64,000 nucleotides of DNA from Alphaproteobacteria bacterium (lineage in GTDB: Bacteria; Pseudomonadota; Alphaproteobacteria; MPNO01). Under the pieces are notes generated by a model. That model did not search any database. It saw only the letters and a list, made by a program, of their open reading frames with translations, and was not told the DNA's origin. Of the stretch, positions 58,034-64,000 are shown piece after piece (position 1 is the first letter of the stretch; each line of letters begins with the position of its first letter). The translations under genes and the position numbers were made by a program. The DNA lies in NCBI GenBank assembly GCA_964291675.2, contig OZ219866.1, positions 1,760,001 to 1,824,000 of the forward strand. The letters are read 5' to 3'.

Positions 58034-58732
58034 ATGCACGACGTAACGGTCCGGCAGGAGATCGTCGACCGGGTTCTCGCCCGGCGCGGGCGCTACCACC
58101 TCTACGACGCGCTGGAGGCCGAGAGCACCGCCTTCGTGGTGGTCGACATGCAGAACATGTTCTGCGAGCCCGGCGCGCCCGCCGAGGTGCCGGCCTCGCG
58201 CGGGGTCTGCGACAACATCAACCGGCTGGCGGAGGAAGTACGGGAAGAGGGCGGGCTGGTGATCTGGGTCACCAGCGCGTCCACCTTCGCCAACGGCAAG
58301 AGCGACTGGGAGTCCTTCATCCGCACCTTCGTCGCCGAGGAGGTGCAGGAGCGCACCGCCGAGGCGATGAAGCCGGGCGGCCACGGCGAGCAGATCTGGC
58401 ACGAGCTCGAGCCCGACGAGCGCGACCTGTTCGTGCGCAAGAACCGCTACTCGGCGCTGACACCGGGCGCGTCGATCCTCCAGACGGTTCTCGCCAGCCA
58501 CCGCATCCGCAACGTGCTGATCGGCGGCACCAAGACCAATATCTGCTGCGAATCGACCGCGCGCGACGCGATGCAGCTCGACTACCGCGTGGTCATGGTC
58601 GAGGACTGCAACGCCGCGCTGTCGGACGACGAGCACCGCGCGGCGCTGGAAAACGTCATCCAGCAATTCGGCGACGTGATGACCGCCGACGAGGTCGTCG
58701 CCGCGCTTGGGAAGCGCCGCAATGAGCCCTAA
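58034..58732 (+). CDS. Isochorismatase family cysteine hydrolase (RutB-like)
   Basis: VVDMQN, KNRYSA, GTKTNICCESTARDA. Confidence 0.92.
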   Translation: MHDVTVRQEIVDRVLARRGRYHLYDALEAESTAFVVVDMQNMFCEPGAPAEVPASRGVCDNINRLAEEVREEGGLVIWVTSASTFANGKSDWESFIRTFVAEEVQERTAEAMKPGGHGEQIWHELEPDERDLFVRKNRYSALTPGASILQTVLASHRIRNVLIGGTKTNICCESTARDAMQLDYRVVMVEDCNAALSDDEHRAALENVIQQFGDVMTADEVVAALGKRRNEP

Positions 58733-59456
58733 CCGTAGTGACCTCGCCGAATTCTCCGCCCTCACCTTCGACTGCTACGGCACGCTGATCGACTGGGAGA
58801 CCGGCATCTGGGATGCGCTGCAGCCGCTGCTGATGGCGAATCCCGGTTGCGAGGTCGAACGCAGCGCCGCGCTCGCCGCCTTCGGCGAGGCGGAATCCGC
58901 CGAGCAGCTGGCGCAGCCGGAGACGCTCTATCCCGGGATCCTCGCCGCCGTGCACCGGTCGATCGCCGCCCGCTTCGGGCTCGGCACCGACGCCGCGCTG
59001 GATGCGGCCTTCGGCGATTCGGTCCAGCACTGGCCGGCCTTCTCCGATACCGCCGGGGCGCTCAGGCGGCTCAAGAAGCGCTACCGGCTGGTGATCCTCT
59101 CCAATGTCGACCGCGCCGGCATCGCCGCCTCCAACCGCAAGCTCGGGGTCGCGTTCGATGCCATCTGCACCGCCCAGGACATCGGCAGCTACAAGCCCGA
59201 TCCGCGCAACTTCGCCCATATGATAGAGCACCTGGCGGGGCTCGGCCTCGGCGCCGGCGACATCCTGCATACCGCGCAGAGCCTGCGCCACGACCACGTG
59301 CCGGCGCGCGCCGCCGGGCTGGCCAATGCCTGGATCGACCGTCAGGACCAGTCGGCGGGCGGCGACTGGGGCGCCACCGCGCCGGTCCCCGACATGCCGG
59401 AGTTCGACTTCATCTTCCCGACGCTGGAGGCGATGGCCGACGCGGCCGGTCTATGA
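58722..59456 (+). CDS. HAD family hydrolase (2-haloacid dehalogenase type II-like)
   Basis: LTFDCYGTLIDWE, ILSNVD, GSYKP, LHTAQSLRHDH. Confidence 0.92.
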   Translation: MSPNRSDLAEFSALTFDCYGTLIDWETGIWDALQPLLMANPGCEVERSAALAAFGEAESAEQLAQPETLYPGILAAVHRSIAARFGLGTDAALDAAFGDSVQHWPAFSDTAGALRRLKKRYRLVILSNVDRAGIAASNRKLGVAFDAICTAQDIGSYKPDPRNFAHMIEHLAGLGLGAGDILHTAQSLRHDHVPARAAGLANAWIDRQDQSAGGDWGATAPVPDMPEFDFIFPTLEAMADAAGL

Positions 59457-59924
59457 GCCGCCCTTGACCTCGGCGAGCGCCATCTCGATCGCATCGACGA
59501 TGCCGATATAGCCGGTGCAGCGGCAGAGATTGCCGGCGAGCTCCAGCCTTATGCGGTCGCGGTCGGCGTCCGGCAGTCGGGTGACGATGTCGTAGGCCGT
59601 CGCCAGCATGCCCGGCGTGCAGTAGCCGCACTGCACGGCATGCGCCTTCCTGAAACAGTCGCGGATGGTCGCCATCACGGCATCGCCGCCATAGCCCTCG
59701 ACGGTCCGCACCTCGGTCCCGTGGGAGGCCACCGCGAGCGTGATGCAGGAGCGCGCCGGGCGGCCGTCGAGCATGATCGTGCAGGCGCCGCAGACCCCGT
59801 GCTCGCAGGCGGTGTGGGTGCCGGTCAGCCCCTCGTGCTCGCGCAGGAAGTCGGCGAGCGAGAGGCGGGGCTCGACGTCGGCCGTGACCGTCCGGCCGTT
59901 GACGGAGATCGTGGTCGCGGTCAT
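59451..59924 (-). CDS. Molybdenum hydroxylase small (2Fe-2S) subunit, CoxS-like
   Basis: CEHGVCGACT, RSC, QCGYCTPGM, GNLCRCTGY. Confidence 0.95.
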   Translation of the reverse strand: MTATTISVNGRTVTADVEPRLSLADFLREHEGLTGTHTACEHGVCGACTIMLDGRPARSCITLAVASHGTEVRTVEGYGGDAVMATIRDCFRKAHAVQCGYCTPGMLATAYDIVTRLPDADRDRIRLELAGNLCRCTGYIGIVDAIEMALAEVKGGS

Positions 59925-60772
59925 GCGGAGAACGCCTCCCTGGCGGCGCGGACCGCGACCGTCGCATGCAGGTTCATGGCGTAGCGGTCCTCGGCATCGG
60001 CGAACCCCGCCGCTTCGATTTCGCCGCGGGCGGCATCCTTGACCCCGCCGGCCAGCGCGTCGGACCAGCCATCCGCGGCTGCGATCAGCCCCGCCACGCC
60101 GTCGAGCAGGATCGGCGCACGGGTCGGGCCGGCGAGCGCCGCGCGGCAGTGGCCGCGGTCGGGATCGCGGACCACGACGGCAAGCGATTCCGCGAAGTCA
60201 CCCGGCTTCACGCAGAGCTTGCAGTGGCCCCAGCGCGCGCCCTCCGACAGGCGGGGGACATGGATCGCCTCGAGGATCTCGCCCGGCTCCAGCACGGTGG
60301 TGAGCGGGTCGGTGATGAACGCTTCGGCGGCCACGCTGCGCCCGCCTTCCGGCCCCCTGATGCCGAGGCTCGCGCCGAGCGCCATCATCACCGGCGCCCA
60401 GTCGCCCGCGGGATCGGCATGGGCGAGGCTGCCGCCGACGGTGCCGCGGTTGCGCACCGCGCGGTAGGCGATCCCCGCCGCGGCGCGCCGCATCAGCCCG
60501 CGCGTCGCATCCGGCACCTCGCCGTCCTCGATCGCCGAATGGACCACGGATGCCCCGATCGTCAGCCCGTCCGCGTCTTCCGAGACCTCGCGGAGCTCGG
60601 CGACGGGCGCGAGATCGACCAGCAGCGCGGGCCGTGCGATCCGCAGGTTGAGCATCGGACCCAGCGACTGGCCGCCGGCGAGCGGGCGCGCGTCGCCGGC
60701 GGCGGCGCTCAACAGGCCGATCGCCTCGTCGAGGCTGTCGGCGCGGGCGTAGTCGAACGGGGCGGGCTTCAT
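59921..60772 (-). CDS. Molybdenum hydroxylase medium (FAD) subunit, CoxM-like
   Basis: MKPAPFDY, AGGQSLGPMLNLR, VRNRGTVGGSLAHADPAGD. Confidence 0.95.
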   Translation of the reverse strand: MKPAPFDYARADSLDEAIGLLSAAAGDARPLAGGQSLGPMLNLRIARPALLVDLAPVAELREVSEDADGLTIGASVVHSAIEDGEVPDATRGLMRRAAAGIAYRAVRNRGTVGGSLAHADPAGDWAPVMMALGASLGIRGPEGGRSVAAEAFITDPLTTVLEPGEILEAIHVPRLSEGARWGHCKLCVKPGDFAESLAVVVRDPDRGHCRAALAGPTRAPILLDGVAGLIAAADGWSDALAGGVKDAARGEIEAAGFADAEDRYAMNLHATVAVRAAREAFSA

Positions 60773-63111
60773 GGCGCGCGTCCCCGCCCGATCGCATCGA
60801 ACACCCGGCGCGGGGTGATCGGGGTCTCGGCGATCTCGACCCCCAGACCCTTGAGGGCGTCGTTGACCGCGTTGCCGATGGCGCCGACCGGGCCGATGGC
60901 GCCCGATTCGCCGACGCCCTTGATCCCCATCGTCGAATAGGGCGAAGGCGATTCCATGTAGTCGTACTTGATGTCCGGCACCATCGGCGCCGCCGGCACG
61001 TGGTAGTCGGCAAGCGTCACCGAGAGCGGCTGGCCGTTCTCGTCGTAATCCGATTCCTCGTAGAGCGCGTTGCCGATCCCCTGCGCATAGCCGCCGATCA
61101 CCTGGCCCTTGACCACCAGCGGGTTCACCCGGGTGCCGCAATCGTCGACGATCGCGTAGTCGAGGATCTCGACCTGGCCGGTCTCGGGGTCGACCGCCAC
61201 CACCGCGCCATGCGCGCCGAAGCCGAACACCCCGCCATGGACCTTGTCGTTGTATCCCGTGGTCACGGTGAGCCCGCCCCGGTCGGTGTCGTCGGGCAGG
61301 TTCTCGGGATGGTGGTAGAACGCCTCGGCGATCTCGGCGAAGCTCACCGAGCCGCCCGGGCCGCGCACCTCGGCGTTCTCCACCGCCACGTCCTTCTCGT
61401 CGCATTGCAGCAGATGGGCGCCGATCCGCGCGAGCCTCGGCTTGAGCTCGCGGCAGCCCTGGGCGACGGCGCCGCCGGCGACGACGATGCTGCGCGACGC
61501 GTAGGTGCCGGTCCCGGCATAGGCGGTGGCGGTGTCGCCGTGGCGGATCGCGATCCGGTCGGGGTCGAGGCCGAGCTCGCTGGTCGCCACCTGGGCCAGC
61601 GTGGTCTCCAGCCCCTGGCCGTGGCACTGGATGCCGACCGAGGCCCAGAGACCGCCGTCCGGGGTGAGCTTGACGGTCGCCATCTCCATCCCCGGCACCA
61701 GCTCGATACCCCAGGCGGAGTAGCCGAACGGGCCGGTGCCGTAGGCGGTCTGCTCGTAGAAGCAGGCGAAGCCGACGCCGATCAGCCTGCCGTCGGGCTC
61801 GGGCGTCTTCTGGCGCTCGCGCACGGAACCCGGGTCGATCAGGGCGACGCAGCGGCGGAACGCTTCCGGGTAGTCGCCGCTGTCGAGATGCTTGCGGGTG
61901 ATGGTGTCGTAGGGCATCGCCTCGGGCGGCACCAGGTTGTCGAGCCGGACCTCCCACGGCTCTCTCCCCACGATGCGCGCGATGGCGTCCATGGTGAGCT
62001 CGTCGGTAAAGCAGGCGCCCGGCCGGGCGACGCCGCGGAACGGCTGGCTCGGCGGCTTGTTGGTGCAGACCGTGACCGAGCGGCCCTTCAGCGCGTCCAC
62101 CGTGTAGGGCCCCTGCAGATTGCCGACCCCGGTCGCCGCCTCGACGCCGATCGGCCAGGGCCAGGGCGAGTAGGCGCCGGCGTCGACCACGCATTCGACC
62201 TCCATGCCCAAAATCTTGCCGGCCGCGTCGGCATAGGCGGTCATGGTGTATTGGTGGTTGCGGCAATCGGCGTCGCAGACCAGGTGTTCGAGCCGGTCCT
62301 GGACCCATTTGATCGGCCGGCCCAGCCTGAGCGAGGTCCAGCACACCGCCATCGTCTCGCCGTCGAGATGGGTTTTTAGCCCGAACCCGCCGCCGACATC
62401 GGGGCAGATCACCCGCACCTTGTTGATCTCGAGGCCGAGGAAATGGGCGATGCCGCGCTGCATCGGATGCGGCAGCTGGTGCGACATCCAGACCGCCAGC
62501 TCGTCGAGCCTGGAATCGTAATGCGCCAGCGTGCCGCGCCCCTCCATCGGGAACGGCGTCTGCCGCGCCATGCGGAAGCGGCGGTGCACGGTGTGGACGG
62601 CGGCGGCCCTGGCCGCGTCGAGGTCGCCGTTCTCGAACCCGGTCTCGCAGCACACGTTGTCGGCCCAGTGGTCGTGGACCAGCGCGGAAGAGGGCTCGCG
62701 CCCCTCGTTCAGATCGACCACCGCCGGCAGCGCCTCGTACTCGACCTGGATCGCATCGGCGATGTCCTCGGCCTCCGCGCGGGTCGGCGCCACCGCGATC
62801 GCCACCTGCTCGCCGGCGTAGCGCACCTTGTCCCTGGCGAGCACCGGGAAATCGGCCCCCTTGAAGCCGGGGAACGAGGCGGTCGAGCGGATCGGCTTGA
62901 TGTCCGCCATGTCGGCCGAGGAGAACACCTGGCCCTCGGCGCCCGCAGGCGCCGTCACCGAGACCAGGCGCCCATGGGCGATGGGCGCGCGGTTGAAGGC
63001 CGCGTGCCACATGCCGGCGACCTGGACGTCCGGGGTGAACTCCCCGGTGCCCATGAGAAACCGGTCATCCTCCTTGCGCGGGATGCTCGCGCCGACGCCG
63101 CGATCGCTCAA
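60769..63111 (-). CDS. Xanthine dehydrogenase family molybdopterin-binding subunit, CoxL-like
   Basis: RKEDDRFL.G, DVGGGFG.K, PFRGVARP, HGQGLETT, GTYASRS, NPLVVKGQ..GG, KGVGESG. Confidence 0.95.
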   Translation of the reverse strand: MSDRGVGASIPRKEDDRFLMGTGEFTPDVQVAGMWHAAFNRAPIAHGRLVSVTAPAGAEGQVFSSADMADIKPIRSTASFPGFKGADFPVLARDKVRYAGEQVAIAVAPTRAEAEDIADAIQVEYEALPAVVDLNEGREPSSALVHDHWADNVCCETGFENGDLDAARAAAVHTVHRRFRMARQTPFPMEGRGTLAHYDSRLDELAVWMSHQLPHPMQRGIAHFLGLEINKVRVICPDVGGGFGLKTHLDGETMAVCWTSLRLGRPIKWVQDRLEHLVCDADCRNHQYTMTAYADAAGKILGMEVECVVDAGAYSPWPWPIGVEAATGVGNLQGPYTVDALKGRSVTVCTNKPPSQPFRGVARPGACFTDELTMDAIARIVGREPWEVRLDNLVPPEAMPYDTITRKHLDSGDYPEAFRRCVALIDPGSVRERQKTPEPDGRLIGVGFACFYEQTAYGTGPFGYSAWGIELVPGMEMATVKLTPDGGLWASVGIQCHGQGLETTLAQVATSELGLDPDRIAIRHGDTATAYAGTGTYASRSIVVAGGAVAQGCRELKPRLARIGAHLLQCDEKDVAVENAEVRGPGGSVSFAEIAEAFYHHPENLPDDTDRGGLTVTTGYNDKVHGGVFGFGAHGAVVAVDPETGQVEILDYAIVDDCGTRVNPLVVKGQVIGGYAQGIGNALYEESDYDENGQPLSVTLADYHVPAAPMVPDIKYDYMESPSPYSTMGIKGVGESGAIGPVGAIGNAVNDALKGLGVEIAETPITPRRVFDAIGRGRAP

Positions 63112-63141
63112 AGCCGCCTCCCAAGCGATTGGGCGCCCAGA

Positions 63142-63903
63142 CTAATGCACCGTCTGCCCGCCGTCGACGACCAGCGCCGTGCCGTGGATGTAGGACGCGG
63201 CGTCGGAGGCGAGGAAGATGGCGGCGTTCGCCACCTCGTCGCAGGTGGCGAGCCGCTTCAGCAGCGCGAGCTCCTCGACCGCCTTGCCGTCGACCATGCC
63301 GGAATCGATGTAATGCTTGACCCGGGGCGACAGCGTGGCCCCCGGGCAGAGCGAATTGACGCGGATGTTCTCGGTCCCGTAATCGACCGCGAGCTGGCGG
63401 GTGAGCGAGACCATCCCGCCCTTGGCCGCGCAATAGACCGGCATCTCCGGATGGCCGATCAGCCCGAAGGTCGAGGCCACGTTGACGATCGACCCGCCGC
63501 CGGGCGCGCGCCTCATCATCGGGATGAAGGCACGGCACATGTAGAACACGCTCGAAAGATCGGTGGCGATGATCCGGTTCCAGTCGCCGGTCTCCAGCTC
63601 GGTGATCTTCTTCACGAAGTTGGTGCCGGCGTTGTTGATCACCGCCTTGATGTGGTCGTGCCGCCCGGCGAGGGTTTCCCGGAGCGCCTCGATCTCGGCC
63701 TCGGCCGAGACGTCGACCTCGTAGGACTCGCACGCCGCGCCGGCGATCAGCGCCTCGGTCTGCTTCAGCTTTTCCATCGTCTTGCCGACCAGGATCACCG
63801 TCGCGCCGAGCTCGGCGAGCACCTCGCAGCAGGCCTGGCCGATCCCCGACCCGGCGCCGGTGACGATCACCGGCCTTCCGTCGAATTTGAGCTGGTCCAG
63901 CAT
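63142..63903 (-). CDS. SDR family NAD(P)-dependent oxidoreductase
   Basis: VTGAGSGIG, NNAG, IVNVAS, YCAAKGG, VNSLCPG, VDGG. Confidence 0.95.
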   Translation of the reverse strand: MLDQLKFDGRPVIVTGAGSGIGQACCEVLAELGATVILVGKTMEKLKQTEALIAGAACESYEVDVSAEAEIEALRETLAGRHDHIKAVINNAGTNFVKKITELETGDWNRIIATDLSSVFYMCRAFIPMMRRAPGGGSIVNVASTFGLIGHPEMPVYCAAKGGMVSLTRQLAVDYGTENIRVNSLCPGATLSPRVKHYIDSGMVDGKAVEELALLKRLATCDEVANAAIFLASDAASYIHGTALVVDGGQTVH

Positions 63904-63911
63904 GTCCCGTC

Positions 63912-64000
63912 CTATTCCGCGGCCGCGGCGCGCTCGAACCCGCGATAGGCCTCGTCGCCGACCGGCTGGAGCGCCGGCATCACCTCGCTCGCGAACAGGC
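63912..64000 (-). CDS. C-terminus of a probable LLM class oxidoreductase (5' truncated by window)
   Basis: Minus strand reads LFASEVMPALQPVGDEAYRGFERAAAAE*; LF..EVMP is a typical LLM C-terminal motif. Confidence 0.6.
   Translation of the reverse strand, partial: LFASEVMPALQPVGDEAYRGFERAAAAE

Noticed and set aside
59451-63111. Aerobic CO dehydrogenase call
   Set aside because: Lacks the AYxCSFR motif, M-S-L order and cox accessory genes
1-64000. tRNA, rRNA, riboswitch, IS/transposase, integrase, prophage or CRISPR array
   Set aside because: None recognised by eye; intergenic regions are short. An Infernal/Rfam scan would be needed to exclude small RNAs

Overview
A 64 kb, very GC-rich (about 70% by eye), gene-dense bacterial chromosome segment. 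The conserved synteny ftsEX-zitP-hpt, TIGR02302-lysA-lipoprotein-argH/tlpA and hbd-etfAB-HIG1 points to an Alphaproteobacterium, probably Rhodospirillales-like (inference). It carries about 65 CDSs: an N-methylglutamate dehydrogenase (sarcosine oxidase-like) operon, many flavin and aromatic catabolic enzymes (LLM, gentisate dioxygenase, LigAB-like, LigI, OMA tautomerase, UbiD, Mo-hydroxylase), partial leucine (liu) and histidine (hut) catabolism genes, an RND efflux pair and a housekeeping block. I found no rRNA, tRNA, CRISPR array, transposase or prophage. One REP/REPIN-like palindromic element lies at 51554-51699. The most unusual features are: (1) an RND periplasmic adaptor with a cleavable signal peptide and a tandemly duplicated, Cys-flanked EF-hand pair (candidate Ca2+-responsive efflux system); (2) an operon of an MlaF-like ATPase lacking its H-loop His, DUF2461, UbiD, a small CxxC zinc-ribbon protein and an MFS transporter; (3) a lower-GC tandem DUF488 pair; (4) a ThDP enzyme / short MetE-like Zn enzyme / His-rich LVIVD propeller cluster; (5) a small secreted protein with a predicted N-terminal His behind a Zur-like box. 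All family calls are by motif recognition only; no searches were run. Start codons were re-chosen by hand where the ORF track over-extends.
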